Source: Cyanobacteria bacterium P01_D01_bin.156 (GTDB lineage Bacteria; Cyanobacteriota; Cyanobacteriia; Phormidesmidales; Phormidesmidaceae). Taken from it: 28,630 nucleotides of DNA. A model generated the notes under the pieces. The model had not been told where the DNA came from. It saw nothing but the letters and a program-made list of their open reading frames with translations, and searched no databases. The stretch spans positions 1-28,630 of the forward strand of contig JBCCQQ010000074.1 in assembly GCA_039024555.1 (NCBI GenBank), in the 5' to 3' direction. Shown one piece after another: positions 18,917-27,859 of the stretch; the first letter of the stretch is position 1, and the number at the start of each line of letters is the position of its first letter. The translations under genes and the position numbers were made by a program.

Positions 18917-21900
18917 ACGCTGGTTTGTTCTAGTGTTGATGCTGGGTTTACTCTGGGGCAGCTTGGGCTTCTCCATTTGGCAGCCGTCTACCGTTAAACT
19001 GAACCCGGTTCAATGGTCACCCCAAGTCCAATGGATTACATCGCCAGAGTCCAGCTACCGATTTTACACAAGGCACACATTTTATGGTCCTGAAAGTGTC
19101 CAGGCAGCTTGGGTGCGCATCAGTGCCGACAATGATTTTGTCTTGAACATTAATGGTCGTCAGTCAGTCATTCGGGAAAATGGCTCCCTCAATAGCCCTA
19201 AAGGATTAGCCTATCGTCGTAAGGTTCCGCTACAGGATTTTAGTGATACGCTAACCTACCCTGCAAAGACCGGGTTGAACTATGTGATGGGCAGTTCTCC
19301 CGATTGGAAAATATCAGTTTATTTAGATCTAACAAACTATGTGAGACCGGGCAAAAATGTTATCGCCATTGAAGTTCAAAAAGGAACCTCTTCCCCCAGG
19401 CTGGCTGTAGAAGGAGAGGTCTTACCAGAACAAGAATTTGCTCCCATTGATTTATCCACTGGAGCAACATCGTGGAAGACGGCCATACTTGCCGAAAATC
19501 GCTCTGCCCTGCGGTGGTTTCAGCCGGCATTTGACGATACCCACTGGCCTGAAGCCTTACAGTTAGGGCCTATTCGTGAGACCACCTATACCCGCCTCAG
19601 TCAGCGACTGTTTGATCAACCGGTGCAGGGGGCATGGATTACCGCCGCAAAACCATGGCTGTATCGGACCTGGCAAGTCCCTTACGGCACCACTCGGAGT
19701 GTTCTACGCTACGCCGCCGTAGGTGAACCTGCCATTTTTATCAATGGGCGTTTAGTGTATACCCAAAAGTCTACCCAAGGCAAACAGCTACGGATGTTTG
19801 ATGTGACTGCCTATGTAAAACCGGGTAATAACACCATCGCGGTTCACTTAATTCAACCGGTTGAGACCGATGGAATAAGGGATAAAGGAAATGAACCCCC
19901 CAGCATTTTTACCGATGCTTCAGAATCTAAGCCGGGCAATATCACACTGCCGCATTCTAATGATGCCGCATGGACAAGCAACATTGCCCATGAACCCATC
20001 GGTGTTTTTCTCGATACCTGGTCAGAATCCAAGACGGGTGAGATTCTATCGAGACTTTCCACGGATAACAGTTGGTATGCCACGGTGGCGTCCCCCAGCC
20101 AAAATAAGCTTAAAACATTGACCCAAACTCCGGTTACGGCCCTACGTCAAGCCGCCAGCCAGGAGTTTGTTCATCATTTTTTAGGTCATCCATTTCTCAA
20201 GTGCATAGGCTGGTATGTGGGGCACCAGCTTTTGTGGTGGTGTATTGGGTGTGGGGCAAGTGTGCTGTGTGCCTGGGGATTAGGACGGTTTTGGCTGCGG
20301 CAACAGGCTAAATCATTGGCTGCAGGGGCTGAGCTATTGCTACCATCTACACTTTTTTTAGTCAGTATGGCCCTGCTCAAACATCGTCATGGGGAGGGGG
20401 TGTGGGCCATTTGGTTTGAACAGTCCAATAGCGATGTGCTGCTTAGCAGTCTGGTAATACTCCTATTTACTTTGATGGCTATCGGGTGTTCCCGTTGGCA
20501 ACGCTATGGTCTGATGCTAGGGGCCAGTGCTATGGGCGTAGGACTGCTGTTGAGTCAAGCCATGGCTCCCTGGCTAATTTTTACTGTTTTATTGGGAGTA
20601 TTGATAGCTGTTCGGTATAGGTTGTTGACACGCCTGGAGCAAATGCTGTCTAACCGATTGGTGGCCCTAGAGACAGGACCTCGCTGGCAGCAGTCGCTTG
20701 GACTGGTTACTATTCTGCTAGTAGGTTTTTGTTTACGGCTGTATTGTCTTACAAAGGAAGATTTAGACTCGGATGAAAATACCTCCTACGACGCTACCCG
20801 AGGCATCTTAAAGACAGGATTTCCCCTAGCCACATCGGGAATTTGGTACACCCGTGGTCCTGTCTTTCATTATTTACTGGCTCTGTGGTTAAAACTGGTG
20901 GGTGATTCTGTTTTTAATGCTCGCTTTTTCTCAGTGCTGTTTGGCACAGCCACACTGTTGGTCGTGTTTTACATTACAAGACGACTAACTGGGCAAGTGT
21001 GGATCGGGTTGGTGGTGATGTTGTTGATGGCATTAAACCCGTGGGAGATTTGGTATTCCCGCTTTATTCGTTTTTACCAGATGGTGCAATTTACCACCCT
21101 GTTGACGGTGTGGGCTTTTATTCGTGGCTTTGTCGATAACGCTGGACGGCGTTATCAGTATGTGTTTTTTGGAGCCCTAACGATCACACTCTTAATTCAA
21201 GAGGTGAGCTTGACGATTACCCCCGGCTTTTTGTTGGGATACTTGTGTTTTGCCCCCCGATTTCGCTGGCAGCAAGATTGGCGACTGTGGCTAAACACCG
21301 TCATGGTGATGGTGATTTTTGGCTACGATATTATCTTTTTCAAAATTAAATGTTTAACGCCATGGACTGCCCTATCGTCAAGTACTGCGTCCTATCTCAA
21401 ACCCCATTTGTTAAATGTGACTGGGTTTCTCTCGTGCTTTTTTGTTGGACCAAATCGGTTGGGGATTCTCTACACGGCGTTTTTTATTGTTGGATTTATC
21501 TATTTCTTGCGCCAGCAGACAGGATTAATTTTATTTCTATTTAGCTTTGTTTTGCTCAATGTGCTGATGCTGACGCTGTTGACGTATCAAATTGCTGAGC
21601 GCTATGCCTATTCGGTCTATCCATTATTTGTCATATTAGCGGTTTATAGTGCGATCGCAATTACCCAAACCCTGGTGAAGAAGGCTCAAACGAGTCAGTT
21701 TCAAGCTTGGCCAGTAGGGGCTATTGCCGGGGTCTGTTTAACCTTAATGTTAGTGAGTAATCTGGAGCTAGGGCGAGTGGCCCAAAGCTATTCCCAAGCA
21801 ATTGGGCGTCATAATACCCAAGTCTTTGAATATATCCGCGACCATCGTCAACCAGAGGATGTGATTATTTCTCCCACTCCCTCCTTTGGTCCTGTCACCA

Positions 21901-22226
21901 TTGGCCCAGTGGATTACTTTCTCATGGGTACCTGGTTTTTTGATGCTACCTACTGGCGGGATGGTAGACTCCTCGACCGCTGGGGTGGTGGTGTAGTTGT
22001 CACCAATGTGGATCAACTGGAGCGGGTGTTAGAAACCTCGCAGCGGGTTTGGATTCACATTGACGATGCTCGCCAAAGTCGTCTGAGTGCTCAAATGTTG
22101 GAATATATCCAAACCGTTGGTAAACCTGTCTACGACCAGTTTGGCACTAGCTTACGCCTGTGGGATTCTGCGGATGGCTGGATTCCACACACACCAGAGC
22201 AAGGAAAGAATTTGGGGGCTTACTAA
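18909..22226 (+). CDS. GT-C fold glycosyltransferase (PMT/ArnT-like, GT39/GT83) fused to two N-terminal sugar-binding-like beta-sandwich domains
   Basis: GT-C core FCLRLYCL...DLDSDE, GPVFHYLLALW, ARFFSVLFG, LNPWEIWYSRFIRFYQ and ERYAYSVYP with many TMs. The N-terminal repeats are SADNDFVLNINGR...DLTNYVRPGKNVIAIEV and IFINGRLV...FDVTAYVKPGNNTIAVHL. ATG 18909 overlaps the upstream stop (ATGAGTAA). Confidence 0.88.
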   Translation: MSKRWFVLVLMLGLLWGSLGFSIWQPSTVKLNPVQWSPQVQWITSPESSYRFYTRHTFYGPESVQAAWVRISADNDFVLNINGRQSVIRENGSLNSPKGLAYRRKVPLQDFSDTLTYPAKTGLNYVMGSSPDWKISVYLDLTNYVRPGKNVIAIEVQKGTSSPRLAVEGEVLPEQEFAPIDLSTGATSWKTAILAENRSALRWFQPAFDDTHWPEALQLGPIRETTYTRLSQRLFDQPVQGAWITAAKPWLYRTWQVPYGTTRSVLRYAAVGEPAIFINGRLVYTQKSTQGKQLRMFDVTAYVKPGNNTIAVHLIQPVETDGIRDKGNEPPSIFTDASESKPGNITLPHSNDAAWTSNIAHEPIGVFLDTWSESKTGEILSRLSTDNSWYATVASPSQNKLKTLTQTPVTALRQAASQEFVHHFLGHPFLKCIGWYVGHQLLWWCIGCGASVLCAWGLGRFWLRQQAKSLAAGAELLLPSTLFLVSMALLKHRHGEGVWAIWFEQSNSDVLLSSLVILLFTLMAIGCSRWQRYGLMLGASAMGVGLLLSQAMAPWLIFTVLLGVLIAVRYRLLTRLEQMLSNRLVALETGPRWQQSLGLVTILLVGFCLRLYCLTKEDLDSDENTSYDATRGILKTGFPLATSGIWYTRGPVFHYLLALWLKLVGDSVFNARFFSVLFGTATLLVVFYITRRLTGQVWIGLVVMLLMALNPWEIWYSRFIRFYQMVQFTTLLTVWAFIRGFVDNAGRRYQYVFFGALTITLLIQEVSLTITPGFLLGYLCFAPRFRWQQDWRLWLNTVMVMVIFGYDIIFFKIKCLTPWTALSSSTASYLKPHLLNVTGFLSCFFVGPNRLGILYTAFFIVGFIYFLRQQTGLILFLFSFVLLNVLMLTLLTYQIAERYAYSVYPLFVILAVYSAIAITQTLVKKAQTSQFQAWPVGAIAGVCLTLMLVSNLELGRVAQSYSQAIGRHNTQVFEYIRDHRQPEDVIISPTPSFGPVTIGPVDYFLMGTWFFDATYWRDGRLLDRWGGGVVVTNVDQLERVLETSQRVWIHIDDARQSRLSAQMLEYIQTVGKPVYDQFGTSLRLWDSADGWIPHTPEQGKNLGAY

Positions 22227-22247
22227 AGAGGACTACCAACAAAAGAT

Positions 22248-23207
22248 ATGAAGCCACTGACGATTATTAAAATTACAGTTAGCCTTATTTTTCTCATAAT
22301 CGTTTGCTTGCAAATCGATTTTATTCAGGCTTGGCAGCAGATTCATCGGCTATCGTTACCGTTTGTCTGTTTGGCCCTGTTGTTCTATACCGGTTTACAG
22401 TGGCTCAGCTGCTGGCGATGGCAAATTGTTTTGCGTTCTCAGGGCTACACGGTGCCAATGACACAGTTGATGAGCAGTTACTTTGTGGGTATGTGGCTAA
22501 ACATCTTTTTGCCAGGGTCTTTAGGGGGAGATGTGTATCGTGTGTATGCCATTGGCCAGGCAACTCAGGATTCTGAAGTGGCACTTGTATCTGTATTTCT
22601 AGAGCGTTTTACCGGACTGGCTGCGCTGTCAGCTATGGCCGTTATCGGCTTACCTCCTGCATTCCGGTTAATTGGGCGTTGGGATGTGATCATCCTATTT
22701 TTAGGAACTGTGGGGGCATTGGTAGGGGCTGTTTTGCTAATTATGAGTCCTCAGCTTTTAGGTTGGGGGGAGCCCTGGTTACGCCGTTTTAGGTTGGGTG
22801 CGATCGCGACTCGGTTTACTAAAATTCAGCGCTTACTGCGCCAGTTTTCAGCGGACCGAACAGCCTTGCTTACCTCCATAGGGCTATCGCTAATATTACA
22901 GTTAGGTATCGTAGTTTATCACCTGTTAGTTGCTCGACAACTGGGAGTAACCGTTTCATTTCTGGCGTTGCTGGTCTTTATTCCCATTGTGGTTGTTATA
23001 ACCCTATTGCCTATTTCCTTAGGAGGATTGGGGCTAAAAGAAGGTCTTTGGATATATCTCTTTAGCCGAGTGGGTCTTAGCGCTGAAGATGCACTATTAC
23101 TGTCCCTAGTGGTGACGTTACTAGGATGGCTGTTGAGCATACCGGGCGGAATTCTATTACTTCTGGATACCGCTGGCTATCAAAGAATTAGGGAAACAGG
23201 TAAATAG
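22248..23207 (+). CDS. Lysylphosphatidylglycerol-synthase TM domain (UPF0104/YbhN/AglD-like) putative flippase
   Basis: WRWQIVL, NIFLPGSLGGDVYRV, SVFLERFTGL and LPISLGGLGLKE, with about 8 TM segments. Confidence 0.9.
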   Translation: MKPLTIIKITVSLIFLIIVCLQIDFIQAWQQIHRLSLPFVCLALLFYTGLQWLSCWRWQIVLRSQGYTVPMTQLMSSYFVGMWLNIFLPGSLGGDVYRVYAIGQATQDSEVALVSVFLERFTGLAALSAMAVIGLPPAFRLIGRWDVIILFLGTVGALVGAVLLIMSPQLLGWGEPWLRRFRLGAIATRFTKIQRLLRQFSADRTALLTSIGLSLILQLGIVVYHLLVARQLGVTVSFLALLVFIPIVVVITLLPISLGGLGLKEGLWIYLFSRVGLSAEDALLLSLVVTLLGWLLSIPGGILLLLDTAGYQRIRETGK

Positions 23208-23841
23208 GATATCGTTCTAAACATACGTGTTTGCCAGAAACCTTAAGGCACAACAATGTGCGATACAAACTGCAAGATAGTTTTCCAAATCAGCAATGAC
23301 AAATGTTGATTTGCGAGATAAAACGATCTATAGGACCTTTTAAGGCACAGAATTGGAAAACTAGCACATCTCAACGAGCAACAGTGCTGTATCAGCCCCC
23401 TTAAAGGTTGCATTTGTTCAACAGCAATTCAGAATTAACGCTTCTATGCTCAAGATGTAGAAAGCGAATCTATAAGCTAATGGATAGACAGTAAACGTTG
23501 TAGTAATAGATGCTGTTAAATGTACCTAGAAAAGGCTGCCATATGCTTTATGATGTGGGTCTTTTATCGAAAAAATACGAGAGGCTACCTAAGTCAAAAA
23601 GTTTGATTCAGCCATGATTTCTCTGTGTAAACACGGCTTAAAAGACTGTGTTCATAAGTTCTCAACGAAAGCTGTTGATTTAGTCTCCTAAAAGCCACTT
23701 AACTGTCCTATCTATAGAAGATTATGACAGCTCTAAAAGTGAGCATGATAGCCGATTTCGTATTTGTTGTTACACAAGTACTCTAATAAAAGAACAGGAA
23801 CGGTGCATTTCCCATCAGTAGTTGGCTCAAATAGAATTGTC

Positions 23842-24618
23842 ATGTTTAAGCAAGTATTAGCGGTTGGGTTGGCAATGGGAGCGGCATTTGCATCGGCAGA
23901 TGTGGCTCAAGCCCAGGCTCAAGTTGAAATTGGATACGGTCAAATTTTGGAAAATGCTGAGCGCGGGGAAGGCTTTGAAGCCCGCGACTTTCAAGTTCAT
24001 CGCAGTGGACGTAATAAAGACGTCGGCAATGGCATTGATGAGAGTGTTAGTTGGACCTTTGACTTTAATAAGGACCAAGACTTGTTGGATGCCTTTTTGG
24101 CTGATGACAGTGACCTAGTCTCGGCTGAACTCATCTTTTTAGATATTGAAGTCACCAATGTTCGGGTGACAACAGACTGGGTTGGTATTCCTGGTATCGG
24201 TGGCCAACGATTTGGTCTCGGTTCAGAGGTAACCCCAACTGATTCCGCCTTAATTAAGGTTCCTGGCGTATCTGACATTCCTGATGTAGGCGAAGCGGGT
24301 AGTTTCTCTGTAAGTCTTTTAGACCATGGTATCTCTGCAGACGCTATCATGACGGCGTTCTTTGATGATAGTGATCACAGCAACCCTTGGTATGATTCCA
24401 GGTCTTGGGCTGGAGAAATGTCAGACCACACCATTGACAACGAACGCCATGCGATTCCATTCATCTACATGGATGATGCTATTATTCGTGAAGCGAAGTT
24501 GGTTTTGCATAAGGAAAATTCTTCCTTGTCTTCTACAGCAACAGCTGTTCCTGAACCAACGGCTTTACTGGGTCTAGCAGCTGTTGGCCTTGGTTTATTG
24601 AAACGTGTTCGCCATTAA
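23842..24618 (+). CDS. PEP-CTERM sorting-domain surface protein
   Basis: Signal peptide MFKQVLAVGLAMGAAFASADVAQA, acidic mature domain, Ser/Thr linker NSSLSSTATA and C-terminal VPEPTALLGLAAVGLGLLKRVRH (PEP, TM, basic tail). Confidence 0.92.
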   Translation: MFKQVLAVGLAMGAAFASADVAQAQAQVEIGYGQILENAERGEGFEARDFQVHRSGRNKDVGNGIDESVSWTFDFNKDQDLLDAFLADDSDLVSAELIFLDIEVTNVRVTTDWVGIPGIGGQRFGLGSEVTPTDSALIKVPGVSDIPDVGEAGSFSVSLLDHGISADAIMTAFFDDSDHSNPWYDSRSWAGEMSDHTIDNERHAIPFIYMDDAIIREAKLVLHKENSSLSSTATAVPEPTALLGLAAVGLGLLKRVRH

Positions 24619-24646
24619 TGAAGCTAAAACCAATAGGTTAATGGCG
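24610..24646 (+). terminator. Possible 3' hairpin of the PEP-CTERM transcript
   Basis: CGCCATTAA / TTAATGGCG 9-bp stem overlapping the stop codon. The loop is large and there is no clear U-tract. Confidence 0.3.
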
Positions 24647-24802
24647 GGTGATGTTGTATTAAGGTACCGTGCAAGTGGCCTATCGGGGTGTAAGTTTACC
24701 TGGTGCATGGAATTTCCGTAAGGTGCAGATGACTCTTGCTGAAAGGCTCTATTAGAGTATTCATGATACGATCAAGCAGTGTTGGAGCTTGTATCGAGAT
24801 CT

Positions 24803-25489
24803 ATGAAAGAAGCCGTTGGGCATCAAATCGATCTGTTGTTAGGAGAAGTGATCATACTGCTAGAGCGAGCAGTGTACCTGCCAGAACATCAGGCATTGCT
24901 GTTATCCGATGTTCACTTGGGTAAGGCAGAAACCTTCCAAATGGCTGGGATCCCAATTGCTCAACAGGTTAATGGGGAGACATTGGAGCGATTGCGATCG
25001 CATTGTCAAACTGTTCAACCCCAAAAAATATTTATTCTGGGAGATCTTTTCCACTCTCGTCAGGGGATGGTAGAAGAAGTTGTTGTTGCATGGTCTCAAT
25101 TTTTAGGCGATATCGATGCTAGAGTTACTCTAATTGTTGGCAATCATGACCGCGCTGCTCTAGGGCCTAAGTTTGACATGGCCTATAGCACCCAACCAAT
25201 TGCTCTAGGAAAGTTATTACTGAGTCACGAACCAATTGACTTGAGTAGCTTGCAAAAAGACCAGCTAAATGTCTGTGGTCACGTGCATCCAGTGGTGAAG
25301 CTACAGTCTGCTGTTGATCGACTGAGATTACCCTGTTTTTTTCACGAACATAATTCTCAACGGCTTACCCTACCATCATTTGGCTCATTTACCGGTGGTT
25401 ATGAGGTTTCTATTGATCAAAAGCAGGTAGCATACTTGATAGTAGAAGGAAATCTTGTAACCTTAAATCAGTCGCTTTACAGTCGCTAA
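24803..25489 (+). CDS. pdeM: Ligase-associated DNA damage response metallophosphoesterase/endonuclease (PdeM, COG1407-like)
   Basis: SDVHLGK, LGDLFHS, GNHD, SHEP, CGHVHP, RLPCF and LPSFGSFTGG. ATG 24803 is preferred over the 24779 start in the ORF track. Confidence 0.88.
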   Translation: MKEAVGHQIDLLLGEVIILLERAVYLPEHQALLLSDVHLGKAETFQMAGIPIAQQVNGETLERLRSHCQTVQPQKIFILGDLFHSRQGMVEEVVVAWSQFLGDIDARVTLIVGNHDRAALGPKFDMAYSTQPIALGKLLLSHEPIDLSSLQKDQLNVCGHVHPVVKLQSAVDRLRLPCFFHEHNSQRLTLPSFGSFTGGYEVSIDQKQVAYLIVEGNLVTLNQSLYSR

Positions 25490-25858
25490 CAAAATCTTTC
25501 TGGAACAGCAGTTGTAGCTTCTTACTGTCGTATATCTCTGTTAGTGGGACTACTCCATACCGTAATTGTTCAACTGACTATGATTATCTATCAATAATGG
25601 GAAAAGGGTCTAGTCCTCTTATGTAAGTCACCTCAGGATTAGCTGCTTTCAGGTATGCATCGGTTTATTGAGTAAGCGATGAAAACGTTAGGTCATTTAG
25701 CTAAAAAGCAATTGACCCTCTAACAGAACTATCTGGTCGTGAACCAAAGCTGATTTTTTTCAGCGTCAATCTTGGAAACTAGAGGCAATGCTGCAACAGC
25801 GACTAAGTTATTGAGAGATAGGTTTTTGTAGGGAGATGGATTAATTCAGGCTTAATTT

Positions 25859-27466
25859 TCATCTGTATAACCATCTTCGTAAATCCTGCCATGACACTAT
25901 TGTCCCCAACAGAATAATGAGCAACCCGAATAAATAGATACCCGTTATGGCAATGTAAATGCCAAAGGACATACTGGCTGAAAATTCTAACATTGAGGTT
26001 TTAAGATGTTCAGGAACCTCCATGTAATCATCACTTGTGATTGAGAACTGATAGAGTATCAGCCCACCTAACGAGAAGATTGCCATCCATAGATAAGCGA
26101 TGGAGTTAAAGAGCCCTTCGCGCGTGAACAGGCTACGATAGAGAAAAATAGAAACAGCAATAAAGACAGAGGCCGATGTTATAAGGCTACTAATGTTAGG
26201 GATTGAAAAAACAATAAAATTTTGAAACAACAGGGTTAGTAAGCTACCCAGCTGAAGGATACATAGAAGAATTAGATAATACCCTATCCACTGAACGATT
26301 CTAGGTAAAACGATTTGGTCGCCCGGAGGGACGATGCCCAGGGCCTTGACCATTTTTTCCGGTTGGGACAGTAGATAGGAAAAGGCTTTTATATTTTTGA
26401 TGCCCCGTCTAAAGTCAATCCACTGAATTCTTTGGAGACGAGGATCCGTAACCTCTGCTTGTTGAAGAATTACCGGATAGACAACCTGTTCTTCCGGATT
26501 TAAGAAAGACTCCGTTTTGAACGTAGATAACAGAACGATATTAACATCCGCATTTTGCTCAGAGGCCATATAGCTATGACCGTGGCGCTCTAAGTATCGA
26601 ATAAAGGATCTAGCGTATCGTTTATCCTCAGGAGCAGAGTCAATGGTAAATGAGACATTTTTTGAGTCGTCTTTTTTGACTCGGTATGGTTTAGCAAATT
26701 TAGGTCTAGAGGCAATGGGTTTTCCCCATCGGCGCATACCTTTTTGTCGAATGAGGATTAATAATGCAGGTGCTAGAAAAATGCTAGCGAGAAGGGCTAA
26801 AAAGGCGAAGACAACAATTCCATCGTATCCTAGCTTTGATAGTGAAACTAGCAGCAGCATGCTCCAAAGCAGAATGAATGGCAGCATCAGTAGGCTGGCC
26901 TGAACATGGGAAAAACTAAAGTTGCGCTTCAGAATTTTGTAGGGAAGTGGAACTAGATGGTAAGGAATGTAAACGGTCCAAAATGCAAATAATGAACAAA
27001 GACTGATAACAATACTGATGGCAAATGTTCTCCAGACAATTTTAGGAGCATTAAATCCCTTTTCAGGTGCTGTAGCACCTGGGATTCTTGGGTTTTGTAT
27101 TTGTTTATTTAAAGCTAAGAGGGATTCTTGAAAGGGACCTCGAAAATCTATCCATTCACATTGTTTTAGTGGCTCAGGCAGTTCAACCGCTTCAAAAACA
27201 ATTAAAATGATGCGTTTTTTAAGTTTGATAGCCTCTTTCCATTCATCAGCCACATTCTCGGAACCAACTGAGGATTGGGAAACGACCAGTAGAACGATTT
27301 CGGCGTCTGAAATTCCACGAAGAATTTGTTCTAGCCAAGGACTTCCTGGAATTAAGTTGTGATAGTCAAGCCAAGCATTGTAACCGGTCTTTTTTAGGAA
27401 CGTGTGCAGATCGTTGACAAATGCAACTTCACGACGGCTGTAGCTGAGGAATAGCGAAGGTAGCAT
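25859..27466 (-). CDS. TIR-domain membrane protein (TIR - TMs - degenerate TIR - TMs)
   Basis: N-terminal TIR LFLSYSRRE...AWLD...PGSPWLEQILRGI...VVSQSSVGSENVADEW...WIDFRG. A second related segment ends VYPVILQ...RIQWIDFRRG, and there are two blocks of hydrophobic helices. Confidence 0.88.
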   Translation of the reverse strand: MLPSLFLSYSRREVAFVNDLHTFLKKTGYNAWLDYHNLIPGSPWLEQILRGISDAEIVLLVVSQSSVGSENVADEWKEAIKLKKRIILIVFEAVELPEPLKQCEWIDFRGPFQESLLALNKQIQNPRIPGATAPEKGFNAPKIVWRTFAISIVISLCSLFAFWTVYIPYHLVPLPYKILKRNFSFSHVQASLLMLPFILLWSMLLLVSLSKLGYDGIVVFAFLALLASIFLAPALLILIRQKGMRRWGKPIASRPKFAKPYRVKKDDSKNVSFTIDSAPEDKRYARSFIRYLERHGHSYMASEQNADVNIVLLSTFKTESFLNPEEQVVYPVILQQAEVTDPRLQRIQWIDFRRGIKNIKAFSYLLSQPEKMVKALGIVPPGDQIVLPRIVQWIGYYLILLCILQLGSLLTLLFQNFIVFSIPNISSLITSASVFIAVSIFLYRSLFTREGLFNSIAYLWMAIFSLGGLILYQFSITSDDYMEVPEHLKTSMLEFSASMSFGIYIAITGIYLFGLLIILLGTIVSWQDLRRWLYR

Positions 27467-27652
27467 ACGTTACATTGAGCATGACAATAATTGGGTGAAT
27501 AGTCTTATTCTAGTCAGCACCTATGGAATGTATTTTTCAATGCACCAGGTACAGCACGTGAATCGCGTAAGGGCGCGTGACAACTTACCATATGCATCAC
27601 GATGAGTCATAAATCTAGTCATTTTAGCTTCAATGGATAAACCGAATCTAGG

Positions 27653-27803
27653 ATGCCCAACTATCGCCGTCCTTACGTCCCTGGAGAGGTTACTTTATTG
27701 CTCAAGTTACCTGAGTACCTTGGCTATGTCGTGATGTGGTTCGTCAAGCCTCTAGAGATGCCATTATTACTGCCTAAAAGAGCCACCCATTCTCGATAAA
27801 TGT
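27653..27803 (+). pseudogene. 5' remnant of a REP-associated tyrosine transposase (RAYT, IS200/Y1 type)
   Basis: MPNYRRPYVPG, then a frameshift to GYFIAQVT*VPWLCRDVVRQASRDAIITA*KSHPFSIN. This matches the RAYT N-terminus pattern MPNYRR..VPGG.YF.T.VT...LR.A......PF.I and stops before the HxH motif. Confidence 0.8.
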
Positions 27804-27859
27804 AAAAGATCACGGGCGGGTTAAAAAGTTGTTGGTATGTGGTTTAATCTGTTGCGCGA

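Larger units (their letters stand above)
654..25001. repeat. HIP1 octamers GCGATCGC (dispersed)
   Basis: Seen at 654, 4900, 5944, 10248, 11715, 11850, 18725, 21651, 22800 and 24994 (counted by eye; may be incomplete). Confidence 0.85.

Noticed and set aside
23208..23841. Riboswitch (e.g. c-di-GMP-I) or CRISPR array in the long leader of the PEP-CTERM gene
   Set aside because: No GGCAAA...GAAA...CGCAAAGC core and no regularly spaced direct repeats are seen. No CRISPR array was seen anywhere in the window.
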